Assembly (NCBI GenBank): GCA_046563655.1
Contig: CM102286.1
Span: forward strand, 12,958,001 to 13,022,000
Length of the DNA stretch: 64,000 nt
DNA from: Yuukianura sp. NJ FZ-2021
Taxonomy: Eukaryota
Direction of reading: 5' to 3'
Both the position numbers and the translations under genes were made by a program. Below, in pieces: positions 12,707 to 25,240 of the stretch; the first letter of the stretch is position 1; each line of letters starts with the position of its first letter. The notes under the pieces are model-generated. The model did no database searches and was not told the origin of the DNA. It saw only the letters and a program-made list of their open reading frames with translations.

Positions 12707-14912
12707 TTACATAACTTGCTGCGACATGTACTTATTTAGCCAGTCTTGTCGCAGATTTTCAGAAACTGGGGACTGATTTTGATTCGCCATGTCTGCCATT
12801 TCGTCTGAACTCGGAACATTTCCATTTTCAAGCTGTTCAAGCAGCTCCTAAAATTTGGCAAAAAAACAAAACCATTTCAAAATTATTCATGCTTTCAAAA
12901 TTTTTCATGATTTTTTTTTCAAACGAAGCCAATTACTTAACTGCTCACCATTTCTTCTTGTCGCAATGGGAAACCCTCAGCACCAGGTCCAGCACCGAGA
13001 CCAACCGGAGCGTTTTCCGGCACCAACCAAAAATCTAATCGTGTCGCCTCATGATGTTTCGGATTCGAAACGCGGATTCGTCGAGCCTGAACTCGGTAGC
13101 CAGGGTAAGTTGCAGTGAGAATGTAAGTTCCAGGAGTAAGCAAACGGTAGTAGTCACCTCCAAAAACTAAAGTTAAAGCATTTTATTACTAACCTTACTG
13201 AAATAACTTAAGGATTGACCTGACCTGATGTAACGTCATGGTTGATGTGGTAGGTCACACCGTGGGTGTCATTGATAGCAGTAATATTTTGGACATGAAT
13301 AAAAGCATTCGCAATCGGCCTCCCTGTCATCGCATCTCTTACAATCCCTTTGACTCCGATGTGACTCTGCCAAAAACATAACAATTGAAAGTAAAAGCCT
13401 TTGTGTGGTGATTACGGTTAATTAAATTTGAGTAATTTCTGCACTTACGCCCCACATGAAGTCTATGAGTGACTTTCTATTGTTGTTCCACTCTGGTTCC
13501 AATTGATTCTGCGGGGGGTATTTGGAGCATCCCAGTTCCAGTGTAATTTCAAAGTCGTTGGAGGAGAGATAATTGAAGTCCTGCGGGATAAATACAAAAA
13601 ACAATCGATTAAACTAATTTATATAAATTTATAATAAATTTCACAATTATATTTTTTGTGAAGTTACCTGCATGCCACCCCTGACGCTGTACCACTTTGC
13701 TCCGTTCGTAATTCCACCAGTTTTTCCAAAATTGTTAGAATCTGAGGGGTCACAGGACGCGCGTCGTGGATTGCCCATGGTAGGATGTGCCGTTGAGTAG
13801 ACCATGGACAAGTGCCTAAAAACGTTAACTCAAACAGCATTAAAAATTTCAAAATTGTTAAATATTTTCAAAATGGAAAATGCGAATGTACCGAAAAGTT
13901 TCATCGTCAGGAGTTTCTGTGTATTCCGAGGATGCGCCAGACCTACTAGCGTCGTACGGATAGTTTGCCACCAAGTCTCCACCGTGCAAATTCGCCGAAA
14001 GAACGAACGGCGTTGTCATGATTAGGCGCATGACTGCCAGGGTTTCTGGTTGAACCTAAGTATCAGTGAAAAATAAAAAATGAAAATTCCGAATTTTGAA
14101 TAAATCCCCCATTTTGAAATCAAAATAGGTCAAATTTTCAGTTTATCGTTTTCTAAAAGTATCTTGCTTGCTTACAGGGTGATCCAACCTCTGAACAAGC
14201 GACATCAAATGGTTGTTGTGCGAAACTTGGTAAACTTCATTTCCAAACATGATGCGATCCAAGTCCGGAAAATCCCGATTGAGGTCAACGCCATTTGCAT
14301 TTGCTCGGCCAATCAAGTAGTCCTTGCCGCCCTAAAATTTAAAAAAAAAATCAAAATCATGAGCATGCGCGGCATTTTTCGGCTGAATTTTTAATGTTTA
14401 CTTGTTTAGTAGACAAGTCCCATCCATCCGGATTCATCGACGGCATGATGTGAATCCTCGTTTTTTCAATCAGTTTTTGAATTTCAGGATTTCGTGATTT
14501 GTAGCCATTGCAAAGCTCATCAGCCAATTTCAGCATCAGCTCCCTTCCGAGTACTTCGTTTCCGTGCATGTTCGCGATGTACTTGAATTCCGGTTTCACT
14601 AAAAATCAAATTCATTTTTTTAAACTGATGCTTTCAAAAAATTCAAAATTTTAGTTTTTTTTAGTAAGTGTTACTGATTTCATGTGTTCCAGGATTAGTT
14701 GAAAATTCAATGATGTACAGAGGAACTCCCATGACAGACGATTCCGACAGTGTGTAAATTCTTGTAATGTTGGGACATGCTTGATGGACTTCTTCCAGAA
14801 CGCGAAGTAGCTCTTTGTTGTCATGGTGCTTAAATTCGAAGCACAACGCTCTAGCATTGAGGTAAATCAACACTGAGCAAATTAGGAGAACACAGTGACT
14901 CAACTTTCCCAT
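12707..14912 (-). CDS. CPE: Carboxypeptidase E (M14B neuropeptide-processing metallocarboxypeptidase), 9 coding exons
   Basis: Exons 14912-14675, 14598-14402, 14331-14176, 14055-13892, 13815-13668, 13580-13449, 13366-13225, 13166-12949, 12847-12707; all GT-AG and in phase. Signal peptide [24 protein letters not shown]. Motifs [57 protein letters not shown], then a transthyretin-like domain ([10 protein letters not shown]). Single catalytic domain and no TM segment. Confidence 0.9.
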
Positions 14913-16695
14913 TGCTTTTCTGGACAATTTCACAAATTCCAGAATTGTCCAGCTTTTTTCGAAAAAAGCTGTTAGTGTGTGACCTCCACAATGGTACAGG
15001 ATGTTGACTAGATCTTCCTCCTGCGGCGGCGGAGGTTGTGACGCAAGTTGGTTTTGGCTTTTCAGTCCATCTGGAAAACTAACAGAATCCAGTAAAGTAT
15101 TTGGTTACATGAGGCCTCTGGAGACAAAGTTATAAGCCTATAGAATGAATGGGGAAAACTAAAGCTGGAAGTTTCTGCACATGGCAACTGGACTATAAAG
15201 CTTTCAATCAATAAAGTTCCTTCTTCCAACGGATTTTTTCGGCTACAAAACCGCAAAAACCGAAATCGATTTTTCTCGAAGAGAAAAAAAAGTTCTCAAC
15301 TTACCGCAACGGAATTCAGCGAATCAGATCTTCCATTTTCTTCTTTCGCTTCACACAACTTACAAAAAATTTTACAATGTGCGTAAACTTTCAAAAATTT
15401 CTCCACTTGACCTTAGGTTTTGAAAAAAACCTTCAAATTAACAATTGCAATGAAAACAATGACGCCATGGTTATTTACTAAAAGTGCACCACCGTACGTT
15501 GCTTCAGACGCTGCAAATTGAAATCAAAATGAACGAGGAGTTGAACTTTTTCAAAATTTTGTTCCATAATTTTAATTTTAAGCTGTATCACCTCTTCTAC
15601 TAAAAATGCTTCCAAGTCCAAAAAACCCGAAAATGCAAATGCTGTACAATTATATAAGAAAAAGTGACTATTATGAAAACTAACAAATACTGAATGAGTG
15701 AAAGAAGCACTCAAGCAGATACGACTCTCAACTATTCGAGTCAAAGTCAAAAGCTCCTCGTCCTCAGTTACTAAATTGAGAACAAATCCCAGGGGCAATG
15801 GCTATTTTACAAATTAAAATTATAATTAAATATAATTATAAATTAATTATAATTAACTTAAACGCTACTTGGCTCCTATGGTCTCTACAACCTAACCTAA
15901 GTAGTTATGAACACAATGGGAAAACAATTGTTACAGTTGACCGTTAAGGAGAAGTCTAGCGACAAGTTTCAAAAATTTTCGAATCTAAAAATCTTCTGAT
16001 GCACTTTTCAATTTACTTAATTTTAGACATATTAGAGAGAAATTTTCATTATAATTTTTTTGAAGTTTAAAAACACTAAAAGACGTTAGAGAAAGCCACT
16101 AATTGAAGGTGTTAAGTTTTAGGTTTAGGCGAATTCGTACAGGTAAAGAAGAAACGCATGCATTACGAATTACAATTAAATTATTAACTTTAACTAAACT
16201 AAAACAGAGATTGAGCTTTATATTACAAACACAAATTCTACAAACACGATAAAATCATATAACAAATGCACATCATGTTAAAATCTAATAGCGAAGTTGA
16301 ATTAGTTATAATTTTAAAATTTTGTATCTTAGCATTAGGAATTTTGAAAACTACAGTCCATACTCTTTCCCGACTAATTTCCGTCATTATTATAATAGTT
16401 AACCTCAGTCATGTCACATCGTCAGTACAACCTCTTTGCCCAACGTTGTTGTCATTTGTCAATATCGTCTATGTTGCATTTTTTTTTGAATTTCTATTCC
16501 GAAGAAACCAGTATTCCCATCTCCTCCATTTATATGACGAAACAGTTTACATTTTTCTAGTATTTTTTTTGTAATATATTTTGTATAAAACTCTTGTGAT
16601 TAGTAAACGCTATACCCCTGTCGTTAATTCGTTATTTTGGGCAGACTACAATTTCCCGTCCCTTGAAGTAATATAGTTCTTAGAATCCCGAGTTT

Positions 16696-19600
16696 TCAAC
16701 TTGGTTTTTGTGACGTGAATGGAGGTATGACTGATGCTGGAGGGGCCGCCGCAGGAGTCGTCAGTACTGAAAAACGTAAAAAAAAACGTTCAGTCAACAG
16801 AACTTTCAACCGTCACAAGTGTTAGTACATAATTTTTTTGTTAAATTCAAATTCAAAATTGTTTCAAATTATTACCTCCATAGTGTGACAGGTTCGGTGA
16901 GTACTGCGGTGGAACTGTTGGAATAATTGGATACCCAATGTGCGTATGACTATGCATATGGGTATGGACGTGGTGAACTATCAAATCAAAAATATAATTT
17001 TGATCAAAATTTTGGTTCTTTTTCAAAAAATTCAAGACGTTACCTGATGGAGGTGAGCGGCTACTTTCCGTTCCAGCCCCCGAACTTGAGAGAGGATTGA
17101 TCGAAGGCTTGACTTCTTTCGTCAAATCAGTCGGTTGTTTTCGTTCGGTAGCTGACGTTCCACTGGTCAAGTTTCCTCTTCCGGACGACGGATTAGGAGA
17201 AGCTGAAGTTGAGGATAAGTTCGTTGGACCAGAAATGTTTGACCCACTGTTTTCACGGTTTGCATTGATCTGTGGCGAGGGGGACTTGAGTGCTCGTTCC
17301 TGGAGTTCGTGAATCTTGTGTGAAGCGTAGTACTGTGCTGCATGATGCTGAAGAATATCAAGGGCTTTGGCTGGCGGAGCGGCTGGATTCGGCCTTGACA
17401 AGTCTTCTGGAAGTGATGCTGGAGCGGCGGGCTGAGAAAACCTTGGTATATTTCCAGCGTGTGGATGCATGTAGGGGGAACCTGGATATGGACTCGGAAC
17501 CACCATTTGTCTAAAAAAAAACAGACAAAATTAAATCAAAACCAGTACTATTTCAGAATTAACTTTTCAAAATTTCAAAATTGCCGCCTCTTACCTAAAC
17601 ATGTGATTTGGGTCAAAGGGCAACGAGTAAGGGGCTCCCTGGAGGTAGCTGGGCGGGTAATAAGCATATGACCCTGCCGTGGGTGGTGGAGGGGGCCCTT
17701 GAGTTTCCATTGTAGGCTTTGCCCCTTCATTTTTCGACTCTTTCTCGTTGTTACTTTCTCTTTCTCGGTCCATATTTTTGTGTCGAGATTGTTCTGAACC
17801 ACGGAGACTACTTTTGCCAGCATCCTTCCCTTCTGCATCTTTTCCATGTCGCTCTTCCCTCTCTCGTCTCGACTCTTTAGAATGTTTAGATGGTGTAGAG
17901 TGACCATAAGATGACATTCCCGAAGCACCATGACGTTTCGACTCTTGATAATCCCCGGGGAAGTTAGACTTCTGTTCCGGTGGATGAGATGGACTTTTAT
18001 CTTCCAAAATCGCTGATCGGTGCGAATCTCCTCGATCACGATCCGGATCTTGTTTTACTGAAGACAGATTAGTCGGTAGTCCGGGTTCTTCTTTTACACA
18101 TTCCGATGGAATTCTTCCTTTTGAATTGAGACGAACCCGCTGTTCTTCCGTTTCCCGCTCTTTTTCTTCAATGATTGACCTATTGTGACTATATGAATTT
18201 TCTGGCATGAGTCCGGGGTAGCCCTGGTCAAAATGATAATTTGGATAGCCGTAAGGATAGTAGTGTTGTTGTGGCGGGAGGTACTTGGGATGATGGTAGT
18301 CCAGCTTGGGAGAGGAGCGTCGATCGTCCATATGAGCCGAGATATGTTGCGGTAGAGAAGTAGAAGACTTAGACTTGAATTTGTCTGCACCTTGATCATC
18401 TGGAGGACCAGTTCCAGAGCCTCCTCCTCCACCTCCTCCAGGATTCCGTTCAGATTTGACCTGGCATGGAGGATTGGCTGAACTCAAGTAAGGTGAGTCC
18501 ATCGGAGTGTAAAATGGAGAATAGAAGGATGATAGATTTTGACCACCAGATCCATCTTTCTTGAGGTCTCCAGTCGTACTCTTTGCTCCTTGTTCTTTTC
18601 CATCTAAATTCATGTCGGATTCTGGTCCAGAGTCATTTGCATCCGAAATGTCAGAATAGGCTGGACTCTGTGGATTTTCTCCTGCATGACTTCCGCCACA
18701 TTCTGGATCCCTTTGCGGAGAGAAATCTTGTCCCTTGAAGCCACGCTCTTTGTCTCTTTGAATGGCCGTAGGTGAAAATAGTCCTGGTTTTATAGTGTTA
18801 TCCCGACTCATATAACTTGATGATAATTTGGACTTTCCCTCGCGATCTCTTTCGCGCTCTTTGTCACTACTCTTGTCTTTACTTTTCTTCTTGTGTTTAG
18901 ACTTCTTACTGGGGGATCCTGGAGTGGTGCTGCCAGTTCTGGAGTCTTTGGTTCCCTTATCATGGTCTCGACTACTTGTTATAGACGACCCCATGGGAAC
19001 ATTTAGAGTGACAGGGATGTTCAGATTTTGTTGTTGTTGTTGTTGCTGGGCATGAAAAGGAGAAATCGCATGTGGTTGCCAAGAAATTCCTTTTGAGGCA
19101 GGAACAGATGAAGTGTTGGAGGAATTCGTTCCAATTTTTCCCATTACAGTTGGATCTTGATCTCGATTAGACTTGTCAGGTCCTTCTGGATTCCCAGTCC
19201 TATGTAGTGAGTGGAGTTGATTTCGATTTTGAAGTGACATAAACGGAAGTGTGGGTACTGTCAAAATGGGAGTTCGTGATGAAAGGCCTGTTGACGGTAA
19301 TTCCCTCTCCTTACTTCCTGGACTGTCATTCTTCTCAACGCCCTTCTCAGTATCCTCTTTCTCTTTCTCTGAAGGTGTTCCCATTGTTAATTTACTGGGT
19401 GAAGGAGTTTTTTCGTCATCAACTTTCATGTCCAAATCCACAACCACATCATCCACTTTATCCTTGTCCTCAACATCAGACGGCTTTGTGATCTGTTTCT
19501 TTACGGGAGTTGTTGGAGCCGAATTACTTTCAGCTCCAGAAGCTTCAATGGCATCCACATCTATCCGGGCTTCTATTGGAACATCATCAATAGGTCCAGC

Positions 19601-22600
19601 TGATTCCGTGACACTATTGAGGTTGGTGTTACTGGCAGTCGACATGTTAGAATCTGAATCTTCTGCTGCAAAGTTATTCGAATGAGCATGAGACTGATGA
19701 TAACGAAGTCCGTTGATGTGTTTGTACTTTTTGGAACAATTGGGTTCAGGACATTCAATGAGTGCTGGAGAATAAGGGCCAAGGGTTTCGCCTGTTCCGG
19801 AAGGCGCAGGACTTCCAGTTTGTCTTCCACTCGTTTCTTTGTTCAATTTCAATCGTTTTGTGCTTTTTGAAGTTGATGTCGACTCTTCTTGACTTTCAGT
19901 TTCGCTGCCACGAGTTTTACGTTTCTGCCACTGATCCGGTTTCAGTGGACTTACTGGAGCTACAAATGCTGCATTCGTTGCTCCACGACGACCCTTGGCA
20001 CCGTTCCGTAGTTTTGCTGAAGAGGATTTCGTAGCATCAACAATTCCAGGATCTGAGACGGGAGTAGCCGTTTGAGCTCTGCCGCGCTTTCCCCGATTTT
20101 TTGGCGTCCTCATCTCCAAGTCAGAGGTTGGAGAATCACAAAACCTTGGAGAAGCCCAATCACTTTTGGTGCAATCCAGCAAAGTCCCCACGTACGTCTT
20201 TCCTCTCCATGTCACGTTCACAACAAGCACTCCTATTGACATGTCAAAGTCATCAAGTGCTAATCAATATTACATTCTTTCTTAAGACTAAAAGTCAATA
20301 ACTATTTATGTCTTACCACTCTCAGTTTCATGCCATACAATGCCTTCCAATGTCACTGAAGTTCCAGGTTCACAAGGACCGAGACAATCTGGTTCTGTCA
20401 CTGTTCCAACAGTTGTACCAACACATGCATCTTGGAAACTAATTGGCTGTTGGACAGGGACTCGATTATTCATTGTAGCAGTTGAAGAAGAAGAATCCTT
20501 TGCGGTTTGTCCAACAGTAGTACTTATATTTGTAGTTGCAAAATTTGTTCCTGCAAAACAGAAAAAAAGTTTCAATATTCTGAAATATTGGAATCCAAAA
20601 AAGTAAACGGAATCAACTGTTGCGTAAAACACTTCATTTCATTTGAGTACAATGGAATCAAAATCATGACGAGGACAATACCATTGAAATCAGGCAGAGC
20701 TAACAAATTGCGTGTGGCATAATGTTTGAGGGTTTTTAGGGAGTGGAGTAGTGGGAAATTAATTTGTAAAGGACACTTTTAATTGACTCTGTTATAAATG
20801 ATCACTTTTTCAAAAGCGTTGAGTTATTATTACTACTTTTGAGTGGAACTAGTAGTTAGACTCCTCTTTGCTAAAATATCATTCCCACACTTCACAAAGT
20901 AACAATTTCTGGTCGATTAAACAATAGAGAAACACTGTCGGCACTTAAGCACGTCTCCCCTCCCTCTCAATTCCACTTTATCTTAATTTTCTTCAGCCCA
21001 TTTAGCAGTGATAAATGACACCAATCAAACAAAATACTCAAATTTTACTACTCTTGAGGCATACCGGTATTATTAATCTATCACTTTGCAACGCTACTTC
21101 GGTGGTGAAATTACCGTAAATTTCCAAACAGTATGCCGGTGCCAAATATTACCGCGCCTCCTACTTACTAATAGCTTATTTAGTCATTGACCTCCTGTTG
21201 TTGGGGGACTAATAGGCGTGAATAGTACCCCTCCGCACAAAAAGTTGAAAAAATTCTACCCCGGGGGTATTATTTGGAAATTTACGGTAAAAATAAACTT
21301 TATTGACTTCCCATTGTCTTAGTTTCATTTTCAGTTAACGATCCTTGGGAATTGTATTTTGAAATCGGGACAAGTTAGTTGTAATTTAAATCCTTTTGTA
21401 ACTGAATAAGCAATAACAAAAATGTCGTTAAACACTTGTAGTAGTTCATGTTACTTTCTACAGCCAAGTAATTAATTTATATGCTTTTGGCGGTAGAGTC
21501 ATAACTCTTATTTTTAATTACGACTTTACCTCCACTTGAAGTCGTAACAGGTTCACTTCCGACGCTAGTTATGTTACGATACGACAACGTCGGAAATCCT
21601 ATAGTTCCTCCGCTTCCAGTGCTGCTAAGATTCTGAGCGGTCGGCGGAGTTGCTTCATGGCTCGAGTTCTGTTTAAAACCAAAATAATCATGAATTAATC
21701 AATCAGTCGAAAATGCATTAATCGTTTCAACTAAATACTAAACACAAACCTTCTCCGAATTATTGACTGCCGTAACTCGTGCTTTCTTGCCATAAGACGG
21801 ACTACTGGCGACTCCTTTTTCTAATGACTGATTCAAAACCGAGGTTCCAGTTTTGTCAGTACTTTTGGATGGAGAGGATGCCGTTAGTTGAGCGGCAGTA
21901 TTATTATGTGAAGAAGTACTATTGTTGTGGAGAGATCTGCAATTCGTTGTGCTTCCAGCTGCGGAGGTATTAGTAGTTGTAGTCAAATCACTTCCAAGAA
22001 TGTTTCCTTGGTTGGGTAATTTGATATGGGAGGAAGTCGAAGTTTTGGCAAATGCTGAGCCAATATTTGATAGGGCACTGGAGTTAGTACTGGAACCGAA
22101 ATTATCCTTTCCGTGATTATTTCCAAGGGAAGTATTGAGTGTATTGGTGGGATTTGTTGAAGATTTGGATTCTGTAGGACCTGTCACCTCCTTCTTTGTG
22201 CTAACAATGGCAGCAGTATATCCAGATGCCAGTTTAACTTTCTTGTGGGTCGAAGTAGGACGTTTGGCAGCCTTGGCCTTGGAAGAATCTTGACCTCCTG
22301 AAGAATCTTGAGAAAAATCTTTGTCTTTTGTTTCTTTTCCATCTTTCTGGGAAGAAGAAAGACTAAAAGTAGATTTGGTGTCATTAGTCAGCTGACCCTT
22401 CATCAAAGATGTACTGGAACTGGTATTAGTTGGAGCCGCAGCATGGGCAAGCACATCACTCTTAACTATTTCATGTCTGGCTTCTACACTTTTTGTTCCG
22501 GGTTTACTTCGTTTTATTTTCATTTTCAATCCTTTGTCAGACATTGTCGCGTGTTCCATACTTACACTAATTACTGAGTTGGTTGAGACGAAAGACTCTG

Positions 22601-23036
22601 CTGAAGATCCGGGAGATGAACCTAACTTTCCTGTTGGATTGGTTGGAGTGGAAGGAAGAACTACTGAATTTCCAGAAGCCGTTACTGAAGTCGATGATTT
22701 TCCTTTGGTTGAATTGTTAGCAGTAGTTGTAGACGTTGTGGCTGGTGATTGTGGTATATGCATTTGCGAATTGGGCGCAGAAGATGACGGAGGTGTAGAA
22801 CGACTTAAATTTTGTTGAACTGCTGCAGGAGTAGATCCACTTGAACTGTTTGATGATCCTCCAGATCGTGTAGCTGCTTCGTTTGTTTTCTCAATGTCAG
22901 CATCCAAGTCAATAATCAAATTCCCAATTCCGACGTCCCATTCACTGTCGTCGTACTCAAAGTTGGAATCTGATGTGCGGCTAGACTTGACGGCCCTTAG
23001 GCCTCTGCCGCTCTCAGATCCGCCAACGTCATTCAT
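16696..23036 (-). CDS. sbb: Brakeless/scribbler (ZNF608/ZNF609 family) nuclear corepressor, 7 coding exons
   Basis: Exons 23036-21750, 21668-21530, 20550-20317, 20232-17595, 17510-17044, 16977-16876, 16766-16696. Conserved blocks [25 protein letters not shown] and [40 protein letters not shown], a single C2H2 finger [33 protein letters not shown], and a C-terminal [12 protein letters not shown]. Confidence 0.92.
21114..21287. mobile_element. Tc1/mariner-pogo-type MITE (174 bp) in an sbb intron
   Basis: TA-CCGTAAATTTCCAAA ... TTTGGAAATTTACGG-TA: perfect 15-bp TIR (extends imperfectly further) with a TA duplication on each side. Confidence 0.85.
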
Positions 23037-25047
23037 TGGCAAATCCCATTTACACGGCGCTTCGGCCTGTTCTCGTCCTCCTGGTGGAGAAAACGGGCCA
23101 AAGCACTAATGTCCAGCAATAATGGCGGCGATTTGTAAGTTTATAATGCTAGTCTTGAAACTTTCTTTCCAATGTTGTGTTTGTCGATCAGTCGCTTGTG
23201 AACAGACACTGCGGAGTCACATCACAATATTCTGGTGAGACGATGGTAGAGACAACTGCGACAACTTCATTGATATTTTCCTCCACCTGAAAACATAAGG
23301 CAAAAATTAAATGGAGAACATGAACAAAATTTTAAAACAACTTGATTTAATACGTACACGAGCCAGAAGCAAAACGAAAAGTGATTATTATTTAGCAAAA
23401 TACTAAACGCCAATCCCGATGCCCGAGACTGTCGAGGCTAACTTTTTGCTTATGCTTTGCTTGCGGTATTTTAACTTTGTAGATTTAGCAACAAATTCGC
23501 TCAACTCATGTCCACATTGATGTAACTACTTAATACTGTCATCCATTTTCACAATTACTTACTACCTGTATAGTTGAAATATAAAGTGACAAAATGGCGA
23601 TTAGTTGACTTCCGACTTGCTTTCTTCAGAAATGAAACTTAGTAGTTACTTCCAGTTATATTTCGAACTCGCCCTTCAAAAAGTGTTTGGCTACAATGCA
23701 ACATGCAAGACGTCAAAAATACAATCAGCCGATGGTAAAATATTTACAATCAGTGATTCATTTATTATGATGACTCGATGACTGACGTCTCCATCAGTGT
23801 ACGACGTAGCCCACTACACTACAAATACGACTGGTCCGATACAATACAATTAAGATTTTTTAGTACCCACCCGTCTGCGTTTTGTTATTGTTTACATTTT
23901 GCAAATTAGTCATTTAGTTAGTACCTACTACATAAAATCAGTCTCGGACGTGTAAACTACACTTTTTAAACTACTACGTTTTAAAAACAAAACAAAGATC
24001 TAAAAACATTTCAAAACATTTAACCTATGACTTTTATGTTTACACATAATTAACTATTATACGCTCTTTCTTTCTTTGTACTGGACCATACCGCTTATCG
24101 TCTTGTTTACATGTGTATATTTCATAACTTGTAATCAGCCAATCAGCGTGGCGTAACGCCCGACTGCAATTCGACGTTTTGGACGTTAATTGTGATATAA
24201 GTGAATGGGAAACTTTTAGTACTTACTGGTCGATACAGGAATCCGAGAAGCGAAAATTTATCCGGGGCGTACCGTAATCCACATCTCATCCACCGTAATG
24301 CTTAAGCAGAACAATGAAATTGTACTGACACTGAACAGCACTCAACGACCTAGTGATGACCAACCGGCTTCAGAACACACAAACTGCTTGAGTTTAGCAC
24401 ACCGAAGAGGGATTAGTTTGACATGACTATCTTCATCCAACGCGGTACGGTAAATTTGCACATACAGCAGTTTACATGGAGATCAATTGTGAAATACCTG
24501 GATGTTCGAATCCCTTGTTGACCATGTCCAGTACTTAGGATATCTGTGGCAAAAGTCACTGAACCGAGATGTAGGGAAACGATAGCCGTGTCCTAAGAGT
24601 CTAGCGAATGCTTGATGTAAATAATGTGTTAGCGATTTGGCTAAATTGGTGGAGTAGTGTTTGATGGAAGTGGGAAGTGGTGGTGCTATGGCTATACTGC
24701 CTATCTCCATGCAGAATAACAATCCAATCCACTTTTCTAGTGGCTGTGCCTCAATAACTGTCGTAGACGCAGAGACTCCATACAAGCCGAAACACACCCC
24801 ACTAGACGTAGAAGTAAGGCAGTTCATGATCTATTGTACTCCGGCCATGTTCCCCTCGGCGGAAGGAAATAACTTATACAAAACTCTTTTACAATCGTAT
24901 AAATACGTTGTATAAACGTATAAGCTCCAGACGTATAAACTTGCAAATTAAACTTAAATGACGCCAAAAAAACGAATCTTTAAAACACCCGAATAATTTC
25001 TCTAGCTTACTTTTGTTTAGTTATTATGCTTTGTAATGCAGGCATTG

Positions 25048-25240
25048 CATTTGGTATTTATTGACTATACTGTGTAACGTGAATATTAAATTTGGTATTG
25101 GTTATACTGTGTAGTGTGTGGGCATTTCATTTGTTATTTGAGATACTGTGTAATTTACACCTTACAATTGGTATTAGCCATTATATGTACTATGTAAAAA
25201 AAATTGTACAAAACCGCGTACAAATAATAAATAAATAAAT
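25048..25240 (+). repeat. Degenerate 4-copy repeat of about 40 bp followed by an (AATA)n tail; probable 3' UTR remnant of a retroelement
   Basis: TTGGTATT ... ATACTGTGTA recurs at about 25050, 25091, 25130 and 25168. AAATAATAAATAAATAAAT at 25222-25240. Confidence 0.5.

Noticed and set aside
15005..15026. TGACTAGATC, matching the miR-279 family 5' end
   Set aside because: The rest of the mature sequence differs and no complementary arm for a pre-miRNA hairpin is present.
17097..22818. Numerous antisense and alternative-frame ORFs over the sbb exons
   Set aside because: Shadow ORFs of long low-complexity coding exons.
25048..25198. Repeat-spacer-like pattern suggesting a CRISPR array
   Set aside because: Eukaryotic context, degenerate repeats, no unique spacers of constant length, no cas genes.
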